Assembly (NCBI GenBank): GCA_039815185.1
Contig: JBCBZT010000003.1
Span: 96,001 to 160,000 of the forward strand
DNA from: Cyanobacteria bacterium P01_A01_bin.123
GTDB taxonomy: Bacteria > Cyanobacteriota > Cyanobacteriia > Phormidesmidales > Phormidesmidaceae
Length of the DNA: 64,000 nt
Direction of reading: 5' to 3'
The position numbers were made by a program, and so were the translations under genes. The notes beneath the pieces are model-generated. The model was not told where the DNA came from and searched no databases. It was given only the letters and a program-made list of their open reading frames with translations. Positions 1 to 8,861 of the stretch are shown piece after piece; position 1 is the first letter of the stretch, and every line of letters begins with the position of its first letter.

Positions 1-1
1 G

Positions 2-1030
2 TTGTTGCTGTTGGCACTGCTAAGGCGGGTACCTCAATTGCCCAGTCGAGGAACAAAACCTGATACCAGTTCAGGGCTAGGGAGTTTGGCATTTTGCCGC
101 CAGCTACAGTGTCCATCACTGTTAATGGAGGTGGCTTACCTTACCAATCCCCAAGATTGGGATTTACTGCAAAATCGCATTCGTGAATTTGCCCTGGGTA
201 TTGCTGATGGTACGGCGTCTTGGAGTCGTGCCATTGAAAATCAGGTCACTGATGTTTCAGGTACCCTTCCAGAAATCAGCATCAGTGTCAATGGTGGCGT
301 CTACGATGAGCGTGGCCTAATTATTAACGACAATGCCTACGTGCCCATTGACTTGGTTGATCAGTTAGGGGTGGACTTAGCTACCAATAGCCAGGTGCGC
401 CGGATACGCTATCGCAATGTGGTTTATGTCAAAGCAGTGGATCTTCGAAGTTTTAATATTTCTGTGGGTTGGAACGCTGAAACTCGCACAGTACTGCTCA
501 AATCTATGAGCGTGCTGCAGCTATGCCCAGGGTTGATTGACAGCATCATGGGCCATGGCAAAACCTCAGAGGTGCAGTTGAGTCTGTTCCTGAAATCTAA
601 CAACGATACAGCGCTTGAACAGTTTCCTGACCTGCCCAAACTGTATCGCGAAGAAGGGGCGATCGAGGGAATTAACTACGACATTGCCTTTGCCCAAATG
701 TGTGTCGAAACCAATTTTTTGCGATTTGGCGGCATCATTATTCCGGCCCAAAATAACTTTGCTGGATTGGGAGATGCCGATGGTGGCCCAGAGGGTGCAA
801 CCTTTGCCAGTGCCCGGATTGGTGTGCGGGCCCAGATCCAGCACTTGAAAGCCTATGCCAGCGTTGAACCCCTAGTGCAGGAATTGGTTGATCCGCGATT
901 CCGATTTATTAGTCGCGGTGTGGCACCGTTAGTCAATCAACTCAGCGGACGTTGGGCTGCAGATCCCCAATATGGCCAAAAAATCATGTCGCAGGTGCGG
1001 CGGCTCTATGAGTCAGCGGGCTTGCTTTGA
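2..1030 (+). CDS. C-terminal part of an N-acetylmuramoyl-L-alanine amidase / glucosaminidase-domain cell-wall hydrolase (TftA-like); 5' end lies outside the window
   Basis: Amidase_3 tail 'SLLMEVAYLTNPQD' and a C-terminal glucosaminidase-like region 'AFAQMCVETNFL...QNNFAGLG...WAADPQYG'. The frame is open from the window edge. Confidence 0.75.
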   Translation: MLLLALLRRVPQLPSRGTKPDTSSGLGSLAFCRQLQCPSLLMEVAYLTNPQDWDLLQNRIREFALGIADGTASWSRAIENQVTDVSGTLPEISISVNGGVYDERGLIINDNAYVPIDLVDQLGVDLATNSQVRRIRYRNVVYVKAVDLRSFNISVGWNAETRTVLLKSMSVLQLCPGLIDSIMGHGKTSEVQLSLFLKSNNDTALEQFPDLPKLYREEGAIEGINYDIAFAQMCVETNFLRFGGIIIPAQNNFAGLGDADGGPEGATFASARIGVRAQIQHLKAYASVEPLVQELVDPRFRFISRGVAPLVNQLSGRWAADPQYGQKIMSQVRRLYESAGLL

Positions 1031-1379
1031 TGGTCGACTAAGCTGAATCGACAGATGCCTAGCGAGTAACCCTCATATATTTTCTGGATTGACTCAGGAT
1101 AAATGTTGATGAAAAAATTCTTGGCCATAGAACCTGAGCGTAATAAATGCGTCCTGTAGAAAGAACAGATTAAGACTGCTGATACCGTGTAAAAACGATC
1201 TCGATTCTAATTATGATGCTATGTTAATTGCTCAAAATTTTTGACTTCATGGGTGCTTCTGCCAAGTCCAGTTTGCGGTCAGGTGTGCTGCCTTGAGAAA
1301 AGCTGATCGGACTGGACTCGGACAAGATCGAGTTTGTTGATAGTGTCTACCTTGCTCGTTGTTTCAACGTTTTGAAGCT

Positions 1380-2537
1380 ATGGCTTTGACTTCATCTACC
1401 TGGTCTAATCGGTGCTTTAAGCTGTCCCACTGGGTTGGGCTGAAAACCGCACCATGGTTGTTGGCGCTGCTGACTTGGGGCGCGATCGCGCTACCCGCTA
1501 AAGCTGACTTAGAACTCAGGGTTGCAGTTCGCAGTGGCGTGAGTCAGTTAATTCTCGGCAGCTCTACGCCAGCTGCTATTCGTGATGGCTCAGGCCGGAC
1601 CCTAAACCAAATCCAAGGCGGGCAGGCTCTAGAAGCATCCCTTTCGAACGGACGTATTATCCTGGGCGAATGGCAAGGCTCAGGCTTTTGGGTAGAACCG
1701 ACAAATGGGGGATACGTCTACATTGGCGATCGCTGGTATCGCGGTCGCGTCTTCGCCACCCTTGGTGAAGGGGGCATTATTGCAGTTAATTACGTGGATT
1801 TAGAGCATTACCTCTACAGTGTGTTGGGGGGTGAAATGCCGACCAACTGGCCCCTGGATGCCCTGCAAGCTCAGGCCGTTGCTGCCCGTTCCTATGCTTT
1901 GCACCAGCGTCAATCTTCTGGCAATGCACTGTATGACGTTGGTGCTACGACCACTTGGCAAGTTTATCGGGGCCTGATCGAAGAAACTGATACAACCCGG
2001 GCTGCTGTTACAGCAACGGAAGGCCAAGTGTTGACCTACAATGGCCAGATTATTGAAGCCGTCTTTCACTCCTCTTCAGGGGGCCACACCGAAAATGTTG
2101 AAGACGTTTGGATGCAGCCCCTACCCTATTTGCGAGGCGTTAGCGACTACGACGAAGGGGCGCCCGTCTATCAATGGACTGTAGATTTTTCCAATGCGCA
2201 ATTTCAGGCAAGAATTCCAGGAATCGGCGACTTAATTGCGGCTGTCCCAGACCGCACAACCCCCCGAGGCCGCGTGGTTAGCATGCGTCTTGAGGGCAGT
2301 TCAGGCACTCGGACACTAAGCGGTAACGAAATTCGGCAAGCCCTAGGGTTACGCAGTACCCTATTTGCGATTACGCCCATGGCAGGAGGTGTTCAGGTAT
2401 CGGGTCGCGGGTTTGGCCATGGCATTGGCATGAGCCAGTGGGGAGCCCACAACCTGGCTGCCAGTGGTGCAACCTATGATCAGATTTTGGCTCACTACTA
2501 CCAGGGTGCATCTTTAGCCCTAATTCAAGTCGAATAG
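1380..2537 (+). CDS. SpoIID/LytB domain protein (lytic transglycosylase-like)
   Basis: Motifs 'VNYVDLEHYLYSVLGGEM', 'ALQAQAVAARSYA', 'FHSSSGGHTEN', 'GFGHGIGMSQWGA'; signal-peptide-like N-terminus. ATG 1380 preferred over TTG 1359. Confidence 0.9.
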   Translation: MALTSSTWSNRCFKLSHWVGLKTAPWLLALLTWGAIALPAKADLELRVAVRSGVSQLILGSSTPAAIRDGSGRTLNQIQGGQALEASLSNGRIILGEWQGSGFWVEPTNGGYVYIGDRWYRGRVFATLGEGGIIAVNYVDLEHYLYSVLGGEMPTNWPLDALQAQAVAARSYALHQRQSSGNALYDVGATTTWQVYRGLIEETDTTRAAVTATEGQVLTYNGQIIEAVFHSSSGGHTENVEDVWMQPLPYLRGVSDYDEGAPVYQWTVDFSNAQFQARIPGIGDLIAAVPDRTTPRGRVVSMRLEGSSGTRTLSGNEIRQALGLRSTLFAITPMAGGVQVSGRGFGHGIGMSQWGAHNLAASGATYDQILAHYYQGASLALIQVE

Positions 2538-2546
2538 GGGCTTCAT

Positions 2547-3257
2547 TCAATCAACCCAGCCGATTTCTTCGTCGGTAAGCATCGTCGGTTTTGGGCCAGA
2601 CTGGATGACATAGGCCGGTAAAGGGGGAATGCGGCTAGCATTGGGATGCCTGTTATCTGCAGGACGTGTAATGCTGAGGGGTTGCTTGGTGGGTTTTGAT
2701 TCGGCAGGTGCCTTAGCTAGCGTTGATGGCGTCTTTGCCTGCTGATTGAGCTGGCGGATGGTTTGCTTAGCCGTTTCCAGTTCTTCAGAAAGTTTCGTGA
2801 ACGCTTGGGCCTTGCTTTTAGCTTCAGTTTGGGCCGATTCTAAATTCTCCTTAAGCTGAAAAATTAGAGCTTGCTGCTTTTCTAAATCAGCTTTGAGCCC
2901 AGTGACCTGTTTTTGCAGCGGATTTTCCTGTCCTTCGACAGCGGCTAACTGTTTTTTGAGATCAGCCACTTGCTTCTCTAAGTCAGCTTTGGTTGGGGCT
3001 CGACTGCTGCGACTGGTTGTGGTTTTTGCTTGGCTGGTAGATCTGCTGGCTGAGCGGCGTCGCGCTGGCGTTCGTTTGGAAGTATTGGCGTCTGGCATGG
3101 CGTTCGTCGAGGCGGTAGCCTCGGATGAGTCTACGGGGTTAACAGGATCGCGTTGGTCTGCAGCAGCGGGTTGATCAGCGAGCGGGGGCATTATGGACTG
3201 CTCGGTGGGTTTATCCACCTCTTCGCGGAGCAAATCAGATAAGCGTTTTTTAGGCAT
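2547..3257 (-). CDS. mcdB: Coiled-coil partner of the ParA ATPase; probable type-2 McdB (carboxysome positioning)
   Basis: ATG 3257 overlaps the ParA stop. Charged N-terminus [13 protein letters not shown], disordered linker, central Q/K/E coiled coil, and Trp third from the C-terminus (EIGWVD), matching described McdB hallmarks. Confidence 0.65.
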   Translation of the reverse strand: MPKKRLSDLLREEVDKPTEQSIMPPLADQPAAADQRDPVNPVDSSEATASTNAMPDANTSKRTPARRRSASRSTSQAKTTTSRSSRAPTKADLEKQVADLKKQLAAVEGQENPLQKQVTGLKADLEKQQALIFQLKENLESAQTEAKSKAQAFTKLSEELETAKQTIRQLNQQAKTPSTLAKAPAESKPTKQPLSITRPADNRHPNASRIPPLPAYVIQSGPKPTMLTDEEIGWVD

Positions 3258-3909
3258 ATTTCCAGTCTCGCTGTATTTCATCGGCAACGCGGCAGTAGTC
3301 AGCTTTGGCTTCTTGGGCGTTTTTGCCGCGCCACTGGGCAATTGCGACGCCTTCTAAAGCCGCCCGCTCATGGGCTTTGTAGGTGCGGACAAAAGCATGG
3401 CAAGCCGGGATATTGAGTTCCATCAAGGTATTTTGAGCATCCAGGGCTTCTCCGAGGCTGCGGGAATCTACTTTGGTGAGTAATACCCGGTGGGCTACCC
3501 CAGCAGGGGTTACCGCTTCTCGAACAGTGGTCACCAGGGCGGCTAAATCCATTGGGGCAGGTGGGGTGGGTAGCAGCAGATAATCCGCGATCGGCACGAC
3601 AGTGGCCAAGGTTTTGGAATTAAGTGCAGGGGGCGTGTCTACGACAACCAGTTCATAGTCTTGAAGTGCTTTGAGTTTGCCTAACAGCTTGGGATTGGTC
3701 TCTTTAGATGTATCAAAGGTTGGTGCTGTTTTACCCCGTTCAACCCACCAAGAGGCCGAACCTTGGGGATCCGCATCGACAAGCAGTACCGACATGGTTT
3801 CTGAAAAAATTGCCGCCAGGTTAACTGCGGTGGTAGTTTTACCGACGCCACCCTTGCCGTTTAAGATGACTAAGACCTTTGTGGGCACCTTGGCAGGCGA
3901 TCGCGTCAC
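3250..3909 (-). CDS. mcdA: ParA/MinD-family ATPase; probable McdA
   Basis: Deviant Walker A 'KGGVGKTT', 'DADPQGS', 'DTPP' and a double Trp 'ASWW'. No parB adjacent; coupled to the McdB-like gene. Confidence 0.7.
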   Translation of the reverse strand: MTRSPAKVPTKVLVILNGKGGVGKTTTAVNLAAIFSETMSVLLVDADPQGSASWWVERGKTAPTFDTSKETNPKLLGKLKALQDYELVVVDTPPALNSKTLATVVPIADYLLLPTPPAPMDLAALVTTVREAVTPAGVAHRVLLTKVDSRSLGEALDAQNTLMELNIPACHAFVRTYKAHERAALEGVAIAQWRGKNAQEAKADYCRVADEIQRDWKYA

Positions 3910-4175
3910 TCCCTCTCTCCTTGGCAGTCATTCGGTACTGACAGGTTGACTATAGCGCGACATCTCGATCAAAATTCACTGGCCATAAAGAAACGCTAAT
4001 ATTTGTAGCATCGATTACCCTACCTTCGGCGGATCGAGGACACTGCGTCGGTAAGATATAAGTAATTTAAGCTTTGTCTTAAGTCCAGACTTGGAGTGTA
4101 GTAGGGAAATTTTAGATTCTGAGCTGGACTTAGTTTAAGCAAAAACGTTGCCTCAGCCTATTTATAAAAAAGACT

Positions 4176-5735
4176 ATGCAATTCAATCGCCCGATCTTAA
4201 TTGGTGGACTTGGCCTCTCAGCCAGTCTGTGGCTCTTAGACGTCGTGAACCATTCGATTATGGACGGTTCTACGCTAATGGGCGCGATCGCAGTTGGGTC
4301 GGGCGTTTGGTGGTGGCGCAAACGATTTGGCCAGGACACAGCCGCGATCGCTGCCGCTCCGCTAGTTGATCGGGCTTTGGTAGAGCAACGGTTACAGCGG
4401 GTTGAGCAAATTTTAGCAACTTGGACTGAAGAAATTGACACCTTAGAAGCGGCAAAGCAAGCATCCCTGCGCCAACAAATCGACCATGCTGAAGCTCAAC
4501 GCCAACAGCTTGGAGATGACCTCGATCGCCAGCAATTAGCCTTCACCATTGCAGGGGAAAAGGCTGTGGGCAAAACGGCGCTAATGAGTCATTTGAATCA
4601 ACAATGGCAAGCGCCTGCCCCCTATCAAGTGGATGTGAAAGAACAAGTGCTTCCAGACGCGGCTAAAGGTGACGATGCCGAGCCTCTCTCAGCTAAAGCT
4701 GCGATCCCCTCAGCCGACCTAGTGATTTTTTTGACGGCGGGCGACCTGACCGATTCAGAATTTCAACAGCTTCAAAGCTTTGTACAGCAGGGACAACGAT
4801 TCTTAATTGGCCTGAATAAACAGGACAGCCTGCCCCCCCTTGACCGGGCCGTGGTGCAACAGCAGTTACAAACCCGCCTGGCCCAACTCCAGGTTGAATC
4901 CCCTGTGATGACCTTAGCCGCAGCCCCCAAACCGATGAAACTGCGACGCCATCAGACTGACGGTACTGTCGAAGAAACGCTGACTCAACCGGAACCCGAC
5001 ACTGCCGACCTGCAGCAATACCTAAGCCAGCTGGTGCGGCAAGACGCGGCCCAGCTTGTGCTCGAAACCACCCTACGTCAAGCAGAGGCCCTACGGCGTA
5101 AAGTCCAAACTCAGATCAATGCACTGAAACGCGATCGCGCTTTGCCCATCATTACCCAGTTCCAATGGTTGTCGGGGGCAGCAGCCTTTGCCAATCCAGT
5201 CCCCACCTTAGACCTAGTAGCTACCGCTGCGATCACGGCTCAGTTGATCGTGGATTTAGGCGAGGTCTACGACCGGAAATTTTCCCTTGAGCAAGCCAAA
5301 ACTGCTGCGGGTACTCTGGCGAGTCTCGTGATTAAGTTGGGCTTGGTAGAACTTTCCACCGAAGCGCTGGCAGGGCTGCTAAAAAGCAACAGCGCCACTT
5401 ACTTGGCTGGGGGATTAATCCAGGGAGTCAGTGCCGCCTACCTTACCCGGTTGGCAGGGCTAGGGCTGGTGGAATGGTTCGAAGTCCAAACCCTGGAAGA
5501 TGCGCCGCAAAAAGATCTAAACTTTGCACTAGAGAATTTAGGCGAACGGTTGCGTACGCTGTTTGAGCAAACCAAAGGTAGCTTGCTCCCCACGCTGATG
5601 CAGCAGGGGTTAACTCGATGGATGGGGGCAGCGCGATCGCTACCAGCGGGAAATCCACCCTTATCACTCGAAGCGACAGGCGCTACGCTGACGACACAAG
5701 CTGATTCGTCCACAGTGGAATTTTCTGCCCCTTGA
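4176..5735 (+). CDS. DUF697/YcjF-domain membrane protein with a degenerate GTPase domain
   Basis: Two N-terminal hydrophobic segments, G1-like 'GEKAVGKT', G4-like 'NKQD', C-terminal 'AAAFANPVPTLDL' DUF697-type region. Confidence 0.7.
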   Translation: MQFNRPILIGGLGLSASLWLLDVVNHSIMDGSTLMGAIAVGSGVWWWRKRFGQDTAAIAAAPLVDRALVEQRLQRVEQILATWTEEIDTLEAAKQASLRQQIDHAEAQRQQLGDDLDRQQLAFTIAGEKAVGKTALMSHLNQQWQAPAPYQVDVKEQVLPDAAKGDDAEPLSAKAAIPSADLVIFLTAGDLTDSEFQQLQSFVQQGQRFLIGLNKQDSLPPLDRAVVQQQLQTRLAQLQVESPVMTLAAAPKPMKLRRHQTDGTVEETLTQPEPDTADLQQYLSQLVRQDAAQLVLETTLRQAEALRRKVQTQINALKRDRALPIITQFQWLSGAAAFANPVPTLDLVATAAITAQLIVDLGEVYDRKFSLEQAKTAAGTLASLVIKLGLVELSTEALAGLLKSNSATYLAGGLIQGVSAAYLTRLAGLGLVEWFEVQTLEDAPQKDLNFALENLGERLRTLFEQTKGSLLPTLMQQGLTRWMGAARSLPAGNPPLSLEATGATLTTQADSSTVEFSAP

Positions 5736-7195
5736 GTGCGCCCTCCTCAAATTTTGACCCAAGCTCGTCCGCTGCACAAACGCCTCGCGGGCAAGTCAGT
5801 GATGGCCCGCTCCCAGCCTATCTAGAACAGTCTCGGGCTAGCTTGAAGCGGGCGATCGCGCGATTTAGCCCCAATCTACATCTGGCGCGCTCGGGTAACG
5901 ATAGCTTGCAGCATCAAGCCGCGATTAAACAGGGCATAGAGCAGCTTACTGCTCTAACTCACAAGCTTGACAGTGCGGTATTGCGGGTCGCCGTCTTTGG
6001 CTTAGTCAGTCGAGGCAAATCGGCGGTGATCAATGCCCTCATGGGTGAAAAACTGCTGCAAACCGGGCCGCTCAATGGCGTCACCCAGTGGCCCCGCTCA
6101 GTTTACTGGTCGCCCCCAGTAGAAGCACCCTACGATCGCGATCGCCCGCTGCAACTTGAACTGATTGACACCCCAGGGTTGAATGAAATTGCGGGCCAAA
6201 GCCGAGCCGCCATGGCCCAGGAGATTGTGCAACAGGCCGATCTGATCTTATTTGTGGTGGCGGGAGACATTACCCGCACCGAATATCAAGCCCTGGCTGA
6301 ACTCAAACGCAGTCAAAAACCGCTACTGCTGGTTTTCAACAAGGTTGATCTCTACCCCGACACCGACCGCACCGCGATTGAACGCAACCTGCAAGCCCTA
6401 TGGGAACAGTCTGACACTGTGGACACCAAAACCGTGTTGTCGATAGATGACATTGTTTGCGTCGCCGCCGATCCAGCCCCATTGCCTGTGCAAATAGAGT
6501 GGCCCGATGGCCGCACCAGCCAAGAATGGGAAACCCCAGCCCCAGACATTGAAGCGCTCAAGTCAGCGCTATTGGCCATCGTGCGACAGGACGGCAAAAT
6601 TTTGCTCGCGCTCAACGCCCTGTATCAGGCCAGCCATGTCGAATCAAAGCTAGCTACTGAAGCGATCGCACTGCATCAATCAGATGCCGATACCCTAATC
6701 TGGCAGTTTGCCAAATACAAAGCGATCGCAGTAGCGCTAAACCCCATCGTCGGCCTAGATATGGTAGGCGGCATCGCCACCGATTTGGCAATGATTCGCG
6801 CTTTAGCCAAACTCTACAGCTTGCCAATGACAGGCTACGAAGCCGGAAAACTTTGGCAATCGATCCTCCGCAGTTCTGGGGCAACGCTTTTGAGTGAGTT
6901 GGGTAGCGGCCTACTACTTGGGTTTGGCAAAAGTGCTGCCGCCGTCACCAGCTTATTTGACGGCACCGTCGGCGCTACAGCGTTATTGGGGGCGATGACT
7001 GCCCAAGCCGGCGCCGCAGGTTACGGCACCTACACTGTGGGCTACGCAGCAAAACGCTATCTAGAACAGGGCTGCACTTGGGGTCGCGAAGGCGTCAACA
7101 CAGTCATGCAAGACATTCTAACCCAAATCGAACCCGACTCCACCCTGCAACGACTCCAGCGCGAAATAAATCAACTGATCGAAAATAACCCATAA
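5732..7195 (+). CDS. GTP-binding protein (Era/MMR_HSR1-like) with DUF697 domain
   Basis: G1 'GLVSRGKS', G2 'GVT', G3 'DTPG', G4 'NKVD'; 'AVALNPIVGLD'. 4-bp overlap with the upstream paralog (TTGA). Confidence 0.85.
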   Translation: MSAPSSNFDPSSSAAQTPRGQVSDGPLPAYLEQSRASLKRAIARFSPNLHLARSGNDSLQHQAAIKQGIEQLTALTHKLDSAVLRVAVFGLVSRGKSAVINALMGEKLLQTGPLNGVTQWPRSVYWSPPVEAPYDRDRPLQLELIDTPGLNEIAGQSRAAMAQEIVQQADLILFVVAGDITRTEYQALAELKRSQKPLLLVFNKVDLYPDTDRTAIERNLQALWEQSDTVDTKTVLSIDDIVCVAADPAPLPVQIEWPDGRTSQEWETPAPDIEALKSALLAIVRQDGKILLALNALYQASHVESKLATEAIALHQSDADTLIWQFAKYKAIAVALNPIVGLDMVGGIATDLAMIRALAKLYSLPMTGYEAGKLWQSILRSSGATLLSELGSGLLLGFGKSAAAVTSLFDGTVGATALLGAMTAQAGAAGYGTYTVGYAAKRYLEQGCTWGREGVNTVMQDILTQIEPDSTLQRLQREINQLIENNP

Positions 7196-7241
7196 CTCAT
7201 CCTCCCCTATTTCCCCATCACCTCCTTAACTTCCAACCGCC

Positions 7242-7496
7242 ATGTCCAACCAACCAACCCCTTCCCAAAAATCCATTTGGCAATACAAACCCTGGTGGTG
7301 TCAGCCCTGGTCAATTTTGCTCACGGGTAACGGATTGATTGCTGCCAGTTGGTTGGGGTTCCATCGGTACTGGTTTACAGGTGTTGTTGCCCTGCCACTG
7401 TTAGTCTGGATGGGATTTTTTCTTTTGGTTTATCCCAAAGCGATCGCAGAGAGTGGTTTACTCGATGAATTGGCCCAACAGAAAATCCAAAACTGA
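7242..7496 (+). CDS. Small conserved cyanobacterial membrane protein (DUF6737-like)
   Basis: 'KPWWCQPWSILLTG' motif followed by two hydrophobic segments. Confidence 0.75.
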   Translation: MSNQPTPSQKSIWQYKPWWCQPWSILLTGNGLIAASWLGFHRYWFTGVVALPLLVWMGFFLLVYPKAIAESGLLDELAQQKIQN

Positions 7497-7694
7497 TTGA
7501 CCCAACGAGATTGACCCAACAATACGGGCCGTTAACCGTAGACTTAACAGCGGATTTGGGAAAAATTGATTTAACTCAAGTAGTTGGAACGCCAACTTGA
7601 TGGGTTCTTAAAGCTGGCAACCACGGCGGAAACAATTCGGGTTCAATTGGGCGTCATGGAAACTGTAGCCAGGCTAACAAGTAGGATTGGGATT

Positions 7695-8336
7695 ATGGGT
7701 TGGATGACGCGGATACAATGGGGACTACTGAGTGCGATCGCTTCAATAGGCATCCTCACCGGGGCCAAACCAGCGGCGGCGGCAGAAACAATTACGCTGA
7801 AATACGGGTTTTTGACCCTGGGGTTTCCCGTTGAAGATTTGTCGACCCTAGCCGAAACGGGGCGCGCTTCATTACCCCTCCAGTTTTATTTGAGTGCAGC
7901 AGGCACCTCTCCTGATGAATTTCGCCAAGTGCTTAACCGGGGCATCAACGTTAGTCCCGTCTCCAGTCAAACTGTTCGCGACATCCTGCCCGATGCAGAA
8001 ATGCTAGACGCACTGCCGTTCGCCGACGTATTGCTGAGCCAGTTACCGTTAGAGGGCTTACTTGAGCAATCCCTACTTAGCATCTTTACTAGCAGCTTAG
8101 GCGAAGCCGCCCTAGCCCAACTCGATGGTGCCCTCTATTCCGCCGAGGGTGGTGAGAACCTGCAAAATATAAGTACAGCCTTGATCACAGCAGCTGTTGA
8201 TGATGGCAATATCACGCTGATGGAAGTGATCGAAGACTACCCCGAAGATGAAATTGTCCTCGACGGCGACCTCATCCTAGAGGCTTACGGTCAACTAGGC
8301 GAACTACTAGAGCAATTTGGCACCGCCTCGTTATAG
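7695..8336 (+). CDS. Secreted DUF1400 (alpha/beta-hydrolase-associated) domain protein
   Basis: Signal peptide ending 'PAAAAETITLKYG', 'VEDLSTLAETG', 'ITLMEVIEDYP'. Start uncertain (7584-7704). Confidence 0.7.
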   Translation: MGWMTRIQWGLLSAIASIGILTGAKPAAAAETITLKYGFLTLGFPVEDLSTLAETGRASLPLQFYLSAAGTSPDEFRQVLNRGINVSPVSSQTVRDILPDAEMLDALPFADVLLSQLPLEGLLEQSLLSIFTSSLGEAALAQLDGALYSAEGGENLQNISTALITAAVDDGNITLMEVIEDYPEDEIVLDGDLILEAYGQLGELLEQFGTASL

Positions 8337-8348
8337 GTAGACCGCGTA

Positions 8349-8720
8349 TTACTCAAACCAATTGTCTAACTGTAATCCCTGGAAGCTTTCATAACCTGAA
8401 GAGACGTTGTCGGCGGTAACCAGGCTCAGCTGATTATGGCGGTGATCGCGGCAATTCGTCCATCAATATAGGGTGGTGTTCTACCCTGTTTACTGAGCCT
8501 TTCGCTTTCAATCGCATGCCAGTTTGCCGCTGCATCGTCGTAGAGAAGAATAGGAAGCATGCTTTCAATCTTTTGTCGGAGATAGGCTGCGCCGCTTTTT
8601 TGTAAGACTCTGGCATGGTTAAGTAACCAAATTTCAACTCGTGATAAGTTGCCGACGTGGTTGTGAGTGCTTTTCCGTTCTGGATTAATAACTTGTGAGT
8701 TAGCGGTTGCTATCAGTTGG
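8349..8720 (-). pseudogene. vapC: Decayed PIN-domain (VapC) toxin gene
   Basis: PIN segments lie in different frames: 'TYHELKFGYLTMPESYKK', then 'LPILLYDDAAANWHAIESERLSKQGRTPPYIDGRIAAI', then 'HNQLSLVTADNVSSGYESFQGLQLDNWFE*' (stop 8349-8351). At least two frameshifts; 5' limit approximate. Confidence 0.75.
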
Positions 8721-8861
8721 ACTGTCCTTGAAGACAATCTATTGGGATACCCCCATTAGGAGCAACTTAATCGACTAATCCTATGAGTCATTGATTAAGG
8801 GGACGAAGCTTTTGGAGCGGGTTATCCTTTAAAAAGCGTTCTGCCTACATTGCTGCTCAAT

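Noticed and set aside
7495..7520. GATTGACCCAAC direct repeat x2 (period 14)
   Set aside because: Only two copies at a gene end; consistent with a local slippage duplication.
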